Source: Patescibacteria group bacterium
GTDB taxonomy: Bacteria > Patescibacteriota > Minisyncoccia > Phycocordibacterales > UBA9973
Reading direction: 5' to 3'
DNA length: 64,000 nt
Assembly (NCBI GenBank): GCA_040384805.1
Contig: JAZKIP010000001.1
Span: 51,981-115,980 of the forward strand
The notes under the pieces are model-generated. The model was not told where the DNA came from. It did not search any database and saw only the letters and a program-made list of their open reading frames with translations. Positions 21,626 through 30,573 of the stretch are shown in pieces. The translations under genes and the position numbers were made by a program. Position 1 is the stretch's first letter, and each line of letters starts with the position of its first letter.

Positions 21626-21707
21626 ACCCCGCTAGTGAATTTTAATATTACACTGGCTTCTTAAGCAAGTGTGCTCTCATAAGCTTTATTAAAATCTACT
21701 ACGGGGT
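21626..21707 (+). mobile_element. Inverted-repeat (MITE-like) element abutting dapF -10 box
   Basis: ACCCCGCTAGTGAATTTTAATA ... TATTAAAATCTACTACGGGGT(ataat). Confidence 0.55.
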
Positions 21708-21720
21708 ATAATAGGCTTAT

Positions 21721-22497
21721 ATGATTGCATTTTATAAATACCACGGCGCGGGAAACGACTTTATCATGATCGACAATCGGAATTGTCTTTTCGATCCGAC
21801 TGATACTGAGCGTATAAAGCTGATGTGTCATCGTCGCTTTGGAATGGGAGCAGACGGAATATTGTTGCTTCAAGACGCTCCGGGGTACGATTTCGGCATG
21901 GTCTATATCAATTCAGACGGGAGTATCGGATCGATGTGCGGCAACGGCGGCAGATGCATCGTTCATTTTGCGCATCATGTCTTGAGCATTATAAAAGACC
22001 CGGCAAAAGTTGTATTCGAAGCTGTAGACGGAGTTCATCATGCAGAAATAAAAGACGACGAAGTCAGATTAAAAATGAGAGACATTAAGGAAATCGGAAT
22101 ACGCAACGATCTTCCCTTCATCCGTCAGGGCACGACTCCTCATAATATTTTATTAGTTGAAGACCTCAAGGAATATCCGGTTTTTGAGACAGGCCGCACG
22201 ATAAGAAAAAGCGATCCTGACGGGGTCAATGTGAACTTCGTGCAAGAAATCGATGGTGTGTTCCATGTTCGTACATATGAGCGTGGGGTCGAGGACGAGA
22301 CATGGGCCTGCGGGACGGGAGCGACATCGGTTGCCATCGCAGTTCACGATATGGGCCTTTTAAAAGAAAATATATGCCGCATTACAATGCCGGGCGGCGA
22401 TCTTACTGTTGAATTTGAAAAAATGTCGGACGGAACATATCAGAATATATGGCTCACCGGATCGGCAAAATGCGTGTTTAAAGGAGAATGGGAATAA
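21721..22497 (+). CDS. dapF: Diaminopimelate epimerase
   Basis: HGAGNDF, GADG, SMCGNG, ERGVEDETWACGTG. Confidence 0.96.
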   Translation: MIAFYKYHGAGNDFIMIDNRNCLFDPTDTERIKLMCHRRFGMGADGILLLQDAPGYDFGMVYINSDGSIGSMCGNGGRCIVHFAHHVLSIIKDPAKVVFEAVDGVHHAEIKDDEVRLKMRDIKEIGIRNDLPFIRQGTTPHNILLVEDLKEYPVFETGRTIRKSDPDGVNVNFVQEIDGVFHVRTYERGVEDETWACGTGATSVAIAVHDMGLLKENICRITMPGGDLTVEFEKMSDGTYQNIWLTGSAKCVFKGEWE

Positions 22498-22536
22498 TTA
22501 TTTCCTATTTTAACAAAGCTCTATGCTTCCAGAAAT

Positions 22537-22605
22537 TTACTTTATTGTATTCCCAGTCTTGATGACTCGGTCAACAAGACTATTGGCATACCTCCATTCA
22601 GTATT
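22537..22605 (-). pseudogene. Displaced gap 3'-end copy 2
   Basis: Translates NTEWRYANSLVDRVIKTGNTIK*, matching gap C-terminus. Confidence 0.85.
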
Positions 22606-22619
22606 TAAATTATATTAAT

Positions 22620-23078
22620 TTAAATACTTACATTCCAGTTGAGTTCTTTTTTGATTCTCTCTTGCAAGTCTTGCTTAAACTCCTCTATAAATTTAGGCGG
22701 ATAATATCCAAGCTTATTTCCTGTATTATGTTCGACTATCTTTATAGCTTCAGGAGAACGTAGCATGTATACATTCATATAATTTGTAATTCCTGATCTT
22801 AAAATATCTTCGGTAAGTAATCCTGATTTGTAAAGTAATTTCCAGCGATAGAGAACAGATTTGTAATCTAAGTCATTCTCAATGCGTTTCATCCCTTCTT
22901 CAACTAAATGCTTAATCGTTTTTTGGTCGATATCACTTATGTGGTAAGGTTTCGGTTGAATGCCATTTTCAATAATCCAAAGACCTAATCCTGTTGGATC
23001 TCCATTGTGCGATAAGTTTTGTAGCGCATGTCGTAGTGTATCTGGGGTATTGAATTTTGGCATCTCTACTGATTCCAT
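22620..23078 (-). CDS. Hypothetical protein (cassette B cargo)
   Basis: 152-aa AT-rich ORF, no recognised motif. Confidence 0.75.
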   Translation of the reverse strand: MESVEMPKFNTPDTLRHALQNLSHNGDPTGLGLWIIENGIQPKPYHISDIDQKTIKHLVEEGMKRIENDLDYKSVLYRWKLLYKSGLLTEDILRSGITNYMNVYMLRSPEAIKIVEHNTGNKLGYYPPKFIEEFKQDLQERIKKELNWNVSI

Positions 23079-23083
23079 CTTGA

Positions 23084-23164
23084 TTATTTTATAGTTTTTC
23101 CTGTCTTTATCACATGATCAACGAGGGTATTGGTATAGTTTAATTCATTACGATACCACGTCAT
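23084..23164 (-). pseudogene. Displaced gap 3'-end copy 1 (open 26-aa mini-ORF)
   Basis: MTWYRNELNYTNTLVDHVIKTGKTIK*; 18/24 aa identical to gap C-terminus. Confidence 0.9.
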
Positions 23165-23496
23165 TATTCCTTAATACTCCAAGCACTTTCCGGTGTTTTG
23201 ACCTTTTCAATTAACTCAGAAAACTCTTTGTTAATTGAATGACCGTCTTCTAAGGAAAGCAGTTGAACTATTCTCTTTCCAGCAGTACCGGAAGTTTGAG
23301 TAATAATATCTTTAACTTGAAATCGATCACCACCATCTCTTTGGATTATGATCTGACTCCTTAACCAGTCTTCGGAATATATTTCTGCGGTTTTTTCTTC
23401 TTTCAAATTATCAATGAGTTTGCCTTTGAGTTTTGATTCCTCTTCTGGCTTCTCATTTAATTTTTTAAGAAGATTACCTTTTAGTTCGCCTTCCAT
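23164..23496 (-). CDS. Hypothetical protein (cassette A cargo)
   Basis: 110-aa ORF starting 1 nt after gap stop. Confidence 0.75.
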   Translation of the reverse strand: MEGELKGNLLKKLNEKPEEESKLKGKLIDNLKEEKTAEIYSEDWLRSQIIIQRDGGDRFQVKDIITQTSGTAGKRIVQLLSLEDGHSINKEFSELIEKVKTPESAWSIKE

Positions 23497-23497
23497 A

Positions 23498-24526
23498 TTA
23501 CTTGATTGTATTACCTGTTTTAATAACGTGTTCGACTAAAGTATGCGTGTACCCCATTTCATTGTCATACCAGCCGAGAACTTTAACGAGATTGCCGCCG
23601 ATGACACGGGTCATGGCAAGATCTGCAATCGATGCATGCGATTCGCCGAGGATATCGCTTGATACGAGGGGCTCGTTGGTAACGGCAAAAAGTTTATTCC
23701 ATTTGTCACCTGCAGCTGCTTTCGTGAGAATGTCATTGACTTCTTCGGCTGTCGTATTTCTTTTTGCGATAAAGGTGACATCGACGATCGAACCTGCGGG
23801 CACTGGTACGCGGAGGGATATTCCATCAAAGAGTCCTTCAAGATCGGGAAAAGCTTTCGTTACGGCGATAGCAGCCCCTGTAGAGCTTGGAACGATATTC
23901 TGCGCGGCTGCGCGGCCTTCGCGGAGGTCTTTCTTGCTCGGACCGTCAACGAGGGCCTGCGAGGCCGTATATCCGTGCGTCGTTGAAAGCACCGCTTTCT
24001 CGATGCCGATTGCTTCATGTAATATGCCAATCAATGGAGAGACCGCATTTGTCGTACATGATGCATTAGATGTAATATCGCATGTGCCGAATTTATCTTC
24101 GTTGACTCCAAGGAGGATTGTCTCGCCAGGAGCTGTACCTTCTCCCTCTTTGGCGGGTGCCGAGATGACGACTTTCTTCGCGCCATCATCGATATGGAAT
24201 TTTGCTTTATCGTATGAGGTAAAGAGGCCGGTCGATTCGACAACGACATCGATATTAAGATCTTTCCATGGAAGTTTCGTCGTGTCTTTCTCGGAAATAA
24301 AATGAATCTGCTTTCCATCAACCCAGATGTCCTTGCCGTCATGTTTAATATCATGCTTCCATGTGCGGTAGACTGTGTCGTATTTAAGGAGATATGTAAG
24401 GCTGTCGAGTGACCCTAAGTCATTAACCGCGACGATCTCGATCTCAGGACGCTCCCATGCGATCTTTACGAACGCCCGGCCGATACGCCCAAACCCATTC
24501 ACTGCAACCCTGATTTTCTTTTCCAT
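23498..24526 (-). CDS. gap: Glyceraldehyde-3-phosphate dehydrogenase type I
   Basis: NGFGRIGR, SNASCTTN, PSSTGAA, WYDNE; start ATG 24526. Confidence 0.98.
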   Translation of the reverse strand: MEKKIRVAVNGFGRIGRAFVKIAWERPEIEIVAVNDLGSLDSLTYLLKYDTVYRTWKHDIKHDGKDIWVDGKQIHFISEKDTTKLPWKDLNIDVVVESTGLFTSYDKAKFHIDDGAKKVVISAPAKEGEGTAPGETILLGVNEDKFGTCDITSNASCTTNAVSPLIGILHEAIGIEKAVLSTTHGYTASQALVDGPSKKDLREGRAAAQNIVPSSTGAAIAVTKAFPDLEGLFDGISLRVPVPAGSIVDVTFIAKRNTTAEEVNDILTKAAAGDKWNKLFAVTNEPLVSSDILGESHASIADLAMTRVIGGNLVKVLGWYDNEMGYTHTLVEHVIKTGNTIK

Positions 24527-24585
24527 AATTGATGAAAGTATAATAAATAGTATAGGTATATTATAGCAGTTTGACCCTGAGAATA

Positions 24586-24617
24586 AAAGAAAAGCCCCAC
24601 TGTAGAAACAGCAGAGC
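24586..24617 (-). terminator. Intrinsic terminator upstream of gap promoter
   Basis: gctctgctgt-ttct-acagtggggc then ttttctttt on minus strand. Confidence 0.6.
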
Positions 24618-24718
24618 GTAGCCCTCCCCTTACGGGATAAAATTGCTGGGCATATGAACATTTTGTCTCCTTGTAAATAACAAGGAAAAGAAGTTAGTGC
24701 TTAATATGAGTATAGCAT

Positions 24719-24949
24719 TTATCCCAAGTAAGTAAACCGTGGGCCTCTATAATCTTCCCTCTCTACATTCTCAAGGAACATATCAAGCGGTCGAGCCCAT
24801 ACTCTCCATCCATTGCTATTAAGATCCGTTTGTCTTTCATATACAACCATCCACTCCTCCGTTTCAGTATTCTTGGCAAGGGTAATAATCTTGTATGTAT
24901 CTCCTTTGAAATGCTTATATATCTGTCCCGGCTTAATATTATGTTCCAT
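24719..24949 (-). CDS. DUF1653-like protein
   Basis: YKHFKG..Y, ETEEWMVVY, WARPLDMF. Confidence 0.9.
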   Translation of the reverse strand: MEHNIKPGQIYKHFKGDTYKIITLAKNTETEEWMVVYERQTDLNSNGWRVWARPLDMFLENVEREDYRGPRFTYLG

Positions 24950-24952
24950 GAT

Positions 24953-26389
24953 TTAAGAAATCAATTCTTTTAATAATTTAAGGACAGTCTGGGGATTTGC
25001 CGATCCATTGGTGTCCTTCATTATTTTCCCTACGAGTGACATGAGAGCATTTTCTTTGCCGCTTTTGTATGTTGCAACGACGGCAGGATTGGCGTCAATT
25101 ACTTTCTGCACGATTTCTGTGAGCGCTCCCTCGTCATTCTTTTGTAGGAGGTCTTTGTCTGTTGCGATTTTCCGGGGAGATATGTCCTCGTGAACGATCA
25201 TGGCAAGGATATCTTTTGCCGCGCGCGATGATATTTCACCGCCCGTTGCCATCATAATTAATTCGGCAAAGTTCTCCGCGCGTGGCATAGAAATATTCGG
25301 ATTATTCTTTTTAAGGCCCAGATAATCCGATGTAATATAGTTGGACGCGGTTTTGACCTTGTCGTTGTCTTTTAAGATTTCCGCAATATTTTCAAACCAG
25401 GCGCCGAGTTCGCGATCAACGATATATGTTTCCACGTCTTCGTCTTTGATTCCATAATCTGTCTTGTAGCGGTCGCGCTTTACTTGCGGAAGCTCCGGAA
25501 TGCTGCTGCGAAGTTTTTCAATATCAAACGCTTTCGATAGATACAGTTTCGGCAGATCAGGATCAGGGAAATAGCGGTAATCGTTGGCATTTTCTTTTGA
25601 CCGTTGAGAGAATGTGGATTGCTTGGCCTCATCCCAGCCGCGCGTTTCTTGTACGATCTCCGTACCGCGACCTCCATCCAAAAGATCGATCATGCGCTTT
25701 GTTTCGTATTCTGCGGCTCTTTCAACAGAGCGGAATGAATTGATGTTTTTAACTTCGACTTTCGTGCCAAGCGTATCAGGATCGGAAGATATGGAAATAT
25801 TGAGCTCAACTCTCATTTGTCCTTTGTCCATATTTGCTTCGGATACGCCAAGATATCGCAAAAGAAGCTGAAGTTCGCGGCCGAAATCCCCCGCTTCTTT
25901 CGCACTGTGGATGACCGGCTCGGTGACAAGTTCCATAAGAGGGACTCCTGCACGGTTGAAATCGACAAGGGAGTAACCTGCCTGTCCGGCAGGCAGGTTC
26001 CCCTTGTCGTGCTTACTGTTCGCCGTGTCTTCTTCAAGATGAATGCGGGTGATGGCGATGCCATTGAGCATGCCGCCCGAGACAATCGGATATTTATATT
26101 GGGAGATTTGATATGCTTTGGGAATATCAGGATAGAAATAATTCTTGCGGTCGAACTCGGTAAAGTCTGCGATGGTCGCTCCTAGAGCAAGACCTACCGT
26201 GATGACATTCTCGACAGCCTTCTTGTTGATGACAGGAAGGGTGCCGGGATGAGCCATGCAGACGGGGCAGATATTGATGTTAGGCTTCTCTTCGTCAGGA
26301 TTGTTCGCGCAACCGCAGAACATCTTAGATTTGGTATTGAGTTCGGCGTGAATTTCAAGGCCGATGGTTGTATGGTATCGATTCTCCAT
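24953..26389 (-). CDS. gatB: Asp/Glu-tRNA amidotransferase subunit B
   Basis: IGLEIH, RKNYFYPD, HLEED, YRYFPDPDL; start ATG 26389. Confidence 0.98.
   Translation of the reverse strand: MENRYHTTIGLEIHAELNTKSKMFCGCANNPDEEKPNINICPVCMAHPGTLPVINKKAVENVITVGLALGATIADFTEFDRKNYFYPDIPKAYQISQYKYPIVSGGMLNGIAITRIHLEEDTANSKHDKGNLPAGQAGYSLVDFNRAGVPLMELVTEPVIHSAKEAGDFGRELQLLLRYLGVSEANMDKGQMRVELNISISSDPDTLGTKVEVKNINSFRSVERAAEYETKRMIDLLDGGRGTEIVQETRGWDEAKQSTFSQRSKENANDYRYFPDPDLPKLYLSKAFDIEKLRSSIPELPQVKRDRYKTDYGIKDEDVETYIVDRELGAWFENIAEILKDNDKVKTASNYITSDYLGLKKNNPNISMPRAENFAELIMMATGGEISSRAAKDILAMIVHEDISPRKIATDKDLLQKNDEGALTEIVQKVIDANPAVVATYKSGKENALMSLVGKIMKDTNGSANPQTVLKLLKELIS
25977..25997. repeat. 21-bp palindrome inserted in frame in gatB
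   Basis: cctgcctgtccggcaggcagg encodes LPAGQAG; 18/21 identical to element at 7700-7720. Confidence 0.85.
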
Positions 26390-26408
26390 GTATTGATGAT
26401 TATAAGGC

Positions 26409-27254
26409 TCAATCGTCGAATTTCCAAATCTGCGAATATGCATGGATCAGCCGTAGAGGATTGATTGTTTTGATATATGCATATACTCTATCGCGGAAAT
26501 CGTCGTATACATCTGCAGCGGTTTTCCCTTCAATAATTATGTGTTCCCCTTCCCGACGGGTAAAATATTTCTCTGGCATTTCTTCCCCTAGTCTTGCGGA
26601 TTTAAATGAAAATGATATTGAAAAAGGCGACGGAGTGGAAAGGGGAAGAACGGTCTTATGGATCGCTTTCTCTGCCGCGATCTCGATCTTTTTATATATA
26701 TCTTCCGGTCGAGGCGTTTCTTTTTCGTTTTTCGTTTCTATGCATATTGTTTGCATGTCCAATGACCGTATTTCAGAAACCGCAAAATTGTCTCCTGTCA
26801 TAAGAGTTATCGGTATGTTCATGCTCCCGGCAACATATGCCCATAAAGATGCCTCCCCGATAGATTTACCCTTTATCTTTAATGTTTTTATTGTATATCG
26901 CATGCTATGAGCGATTGGAACTGATATCTCCGCTTTCGCATGAAAACCGATAAGAAAAACTTTTTCGATCGTTCCGGATTTCAAAAAATCAGTTTCGCCT
27001 TTTTGGATAACGGTGACGCCTTCTGGCATTTCTTTCTGGGAAAAATTATGATGAGTCGAGTGCCAATCAAGAACGACGATCTCTTCCGGTTTTAGTCCGG
27101 CTCGGACCGCGCCTCGAATAGACGCTTTTATTTCTTTTATGAGAAGCCGACGCTTGAAAAAATAAAGAGGATGACCGGGAACTGTTGCCCAAAATTGATT
27201 CATTGGGATTCCGGCGATCCCTTCCATATCGGAGACGATGAGTAGTTTTTTCAT
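26409..27254 (-). CDS. M55 family (DppA-like) D-aminopeptidase
   Basis: SDMEGIAG, DWH, IGFHAKA, AHS, IGEA, TGD. Confidence 0.85.
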   Translation of the reverse strand: MKKLLIVSDMEGIAGIPMNQFWATVPGHPLYFFKRRLLIKEIKASIRGAVRAGLKPEEIVVLDWHSTHHNFSQKEMPEGVTVIQKGETDFLKSGTIEKVFLIGFHAKAEISVPIAHSMRYTIKTLKIKGKSIGEASLWAYVAGSMNIPITLMTGDNFAVSEIRSLDMQTICIETKNEKETPRPEDIYKKIEIAAEKAIHKTVLPLSTPSPFSISFSFKSARLGEEMPEKYFTRREGEHIIIEGKTAADVYDDFRDRVYAYIKTINPLRLIHAYSQIWKFDD

Positions 27255-27381
27255 GGTTATATGGAACAAAGTATAGCAGATATATTATTGCAGATAAAGC
27301 CGAATAAGAGCCGGTTTTATTGTTATTCATAAAAAATAAGATTTATACGCTGCAGAAGATAAAATATGATTTCGCGTATTT

Positions 27382-27522
27382 GGTCACACATAATCCCTCG
27401 CCGTCGCATCGGGATTTGCGCGACCCCGCCTCGCGATGCCCCCGTGCTCGCGGCATATCGCTCCGGCTCACAAAAGCGCAAAAGAGTACCGCAGGGTACT
27501 CTTTGTGAAATGCGCGCTTTTG
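27382..27522 (-). repeat. GC-rich triple-hairpin element directly 3' of tRNA-Leu
   Basis: Hairpins at about 27382-27425, 27433-27461 and 27469-27522. Confidence 0.5.
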
Positions 27523-27604
27523 TGCCCGAGGTGGGGGTCGAACCCACATCCCTTGCGAGACACGATTTTAAGTCGTGCGCGTATACCAGTTCCGCCACTC
27601 GGGC
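27523..27604 (-). tRNA. tRNA-Leu(UAA)
   Basis: GCCCGAG/CTCGGGC acceptor, CACGA-CTTAAAA-TCGTG, long variable arm, GTGGG-TTCGACC-CCCAC; no intron. Confidence 0.96.
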
Positions 27605-27766
27605 AATATAATATTGATTTTTCCTTTCACTGAAAACTTAATGCATATAGATAATTACATATTTTTAGTGATTTTACAATGATATTATAAGGCTCGTTTC
27701 GTACAAGGTCTTGCCTTGTATTGGAGAGGAATCTCCAAGGCCAAGCATATTATACACTTAATCCCG

Positions 27767-29074
27767 TTAATCCCGTGGTGTATCGTTCTTGAGCTGTGTT
27801 GAAGTTATCTTTGGCAGATAAAGCATCGGATCAAGGTAGGATGTTTTGGCGGCGATCGGCATGATGAAATTTTTTCCGCTGCAGGAAAGACTCGGAACAG
27901 TGTCTACTTTGGCGCCATCGGATGCGTATATGGCGACATGCAAATGCGGTCCGGTCGAATGACCCGTATTGCCCGAAAGGGCGACTGTATCCCCTGCCTT
28001 TACTTTCTGGCCTGCCGCGGATGATATGACCGACAGATGTCCGAAGGTGCTTGAAAGGCCGTTGTCGTATTTTATGAAAACCCACTTGCCGAATGATGCG
28101 CCTTTGCAGAAAATATCCGTGTCTCCCGTACCCATAACCGTACCCGACCCCATCGCTTTGACAGGTGTGCCAACGGATGCCCGGAAGTCCACTCCGCTAT
28201 GCGATCCCGAAACATACAAACGCTTTGCTGCGACAGTCTTTCCGAAGAGTTGGGTGACGAATACATTATCAAGAGGCCACGATAAGGCGCTTGATCCTTC
28301 TTTTGGCAAGGATTTTGGATTGAGGATGAACTGAAGATCAGCTTCATACTTTTCAAGGGCCTTTTCGAACTCATCGCGCTTTTTTTGCCTCTCTGCCAAA
28401 AGCTTTTTATATGCCGCTTCCTGGTTTTTTGTTTGACTTAAGAGCGTATCTTTTTCTTTTTTTGCAACCTCGATTGCCATTTGCTTCTCTGTTAAGTTGT
28501 TCTTGAGAGTCGTAAGAGCTTCCTGTTCGCCGACTTTCTTTTCTTTTGTCTGGTCGAGCTCCTGTATATCGCCGTTTAACTGACCGATGCGTTCCCGGAG
28601 ATTCTCGTTAACCGATACCATACTATTATATTCTCGGCTTGCTTCAGCTATATTTTCCTGCGAGAAGAGCCGCTCCACGAGAACAATACCGTCGCGCCTG
28701 TAAAGCTCGTTGAGCATTGCGCTTATAGACTGCTTTGCCCGGTTGATATTTTCTTCTTTTGTGTGTATATCGCTATCGAGCGCGCCGATAATAAATCCAG
28801 TCGCGGTGATCTTCTTCTGTGTTTGTTCTTTTTCCTTCAGAAGCTTGGAGCGCGTCAGTGTCAGCTCCTTGATCAGGTTTGAAAGAGTATTTGATTGCTG
28901 ATTCGTTTCAGAAATCTGGTCCTGATATTGCTTGATTTCCCTGTCGAGGGCTTGAATCTGAGCATTCGTATTTTCTATCTGTTTTTGTATACCAGTAATA
29001 CTCTCGGAGAATACATGTCCCGATACGAAAAAGAGGCCTATGAATATGAGTGAAAAGGATAGATATTTCTTCAT
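27767..29074 (-). CDS. Coiled-coil M23 peptidase (EnvC-like architecture)
   Basis: Signal peptide, coiled coil, HSGVD, GHL, STGPHLH. Confidence 0.93.
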   Translation of the reverse strand: MKKYLSFSLIFIGLFFVSGHVFSESITGIQKQIENTNAQIQALDREIKQYQDQISETNQQSNTLSNLIKELTLTRSKLLKEKEQTQKKITATGFIIGALDSDIHTKEENINRAKQSISAMLNELYRRDGIVLVERLFSQENIAEASREYNSMVSVNENLRERIGQLNGDIQELDQTKEKKVGEQEALTTLKNNLTEKQMAIEVAKKEKDTLLSQTKNQEAAYKKLLAERQKKRDEFEKALEKYEADLQFILNPKSLPKEGSSALSWPLDNVFVTQLFGKTVAAKRLYVSGSHSGVDFRASVGTPVKAMGSGTVMGTGDTDIFCKGASFGKWVFIKYDNGLSSTFGHLSVISSAAGQKVKAGDTVALSGNTGHSTGPHLHVAIYASDGAKVDTVPSLSCSGKNFIMPIAAKTSYLDPMLYLPKITSTQLKNDTPRD

Positions 29075-29094
29075 TACCTCCCTAGTATACTATA

Positions 29095-30573
29095 TTATCC
29101 GAGCATTTGAATTGCCGTTCGTATGCGACTTATCGTTTCCTCCTTGCCGAGTATTTCTGCCAAGACAAATGGATCAGGCGACTTGTCGCGTCCCGATAAG
29201 GCGAATCGCATGGGCCACAGAATGTCACCTCTGCCCACTTCCTCGGCATAGGGCCAAAGAGTTTCTTTGATATGCTCTTTCGTAAAGTTAGTATCGGAAA
29301 TCGCACCAAGAAGATCTGTGACATGAGAAAGATATGAAGACAGGATTCTATATTTATCATCCTCGGGTATCTTTGAAGATTTAAAGAAAAGAGTCTCCTT
29401 ATCATATGTTGGCTTGCCGAAGAAATAGGCGAGTTCTCCCTCTTCGGCCATGCGAACGACATCGATCCCTTTCGAAATTCGCTCCATGATAACAGGCGTA
29501 ATATTATGAATGATAGTGTTGGTATAGCCGGGGAGCTCTATAAGGCCTTCAGGGATGAATTTTCTTATATACTCTTCTTGTTCCTCGTATGAAAGGCGTT
29601 TTAAATGCTCACGATTGATCCATTCGAGCTTCTCCTCGTTAAATTGTCCGCCGCTTTTATGGACATGATCAAGATCGAATAACCGTACGAATTCGTCCGG
29701 AGTGATTATCTCCGTTTCGTCTCCTGGATGCCAGCCGATAAAGGCAAGGAAGTTCAACATTGCTTCCGGGAGGTAACCTTCTTTTTGGTAATCAAGGACA
29801 TCCTTGGCGCCATCGCGCTTGCCGAGTTTCTTGTTGCCGCCGAGAGCCATAATTGGCGGAAGAGTCGCTATTTCAGGCCTCTCTATTTCAAGAGCATCAT
29901 ACAATGCCAAAAATTTCGGCGTCGAAGAGATAAATTCATTCGCTCTCATGATATGTGTCACTCCCATTTCAAGATCATCGATGACATGGGCAAAATTGTA
30001 TGTCGGATATCCGTCGCTTTTGATGAGTATGAAATCATCGAGAGCCTCGGGTCCTGCAGTAAGATCTCCCATCACGAGATCATGCCATTCATATGATTTG
30101 ATGTCTGTGATCTTGAAACGCAAGGCTTGGGTTCCGTCCCATGCGGGCGGATTCTCCGGACGGTGATCCCTGTAGAGAAATGGGCGTTTCTCTACATCCG
30201 CTTTCTGGCGAAAAGATTCAAGTTCCTCCGATGTATAGGGATCAGCATAGGCAAGACCCTTATCTAGGAGGATTTTTGCGTATTTTTTATAGGATTCAAG
30301 GCGTTCCGACTGCAGATACGGCGCATGAGGTCCTCCGATATCAGGACCTTCATCCCATGAGATGCCAAGCCATGATAAGGATTTCACTATGTGATCGATT
30401 GACCCCTCGACTTCTCGCCCTTTGTCAGTATCTTCGATGCGAAGAATAAAAGTGCCCTCATGTTTGCGGGCATATGCCCATGCGAAAAGAGCAGTTCGGA
30501 CACCGCCGATATGCATATAGCCTGTCGGACTTGGAGCGAAACGCGTTACTACTTTTTTGGGGCTATGATTCAT
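29095..30573 (-). CDS. gltX: Glutamate--tRNA ligase
   Basis: RFAPSPTG, HIGG, LRIEDTD, KLGKR. Confidence 0.98.
   Translation of the reverse strand: MNHSPKKVVTRFAPSPTGYMHIGGVRTALFAWAYARKHEGTFILRIEDTDKGREVEGSIDHIVKSLSWLGISWDEGPDIGGPHAPYLQSERLESYKKYAKILLDKGLAYADPYTSEELESFRQKADVEKRPFLYRDHRPENPPAWDGTQALRFKITDIKSYEWHDLVMGDLTAGPEALDDFILIKSDGYPTYNFAHVIDDLEMGVTHIMRANEFISSTPKFLALYDALEIERPEIATLPPIMALGGNKKLGKRDGAKDVLDYQKEGYLPEAMLNFLAFIGWHPGDETEIITPDEFVRLFDLDHVHKSGGQFNEEKLEWINREHLKRLSYEEQEEYIRKFIPEGLIELPGYTNTIIHNITPVIMERISKGIDVVRMAEEGELAYFFGKPTYDKETLFFKSSKIPEDDKYRILSSYLSHVTDLLGAISDTNFTKEHIKETLWPYAEEVGRGDILWPMRFALSGRDKSPDPFVLAEILGKEETISRIRTAIQMLG

Noticed and set aside
22537-23572. Classical integron
   Set aside because: No intI and no attC-like inverted repeats; the spacers are gap coding remnants
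27691-27742. Hammerhead ribozyme (stem followed by GAAAC)
   Set aside because: No CUGANGA core before the stem
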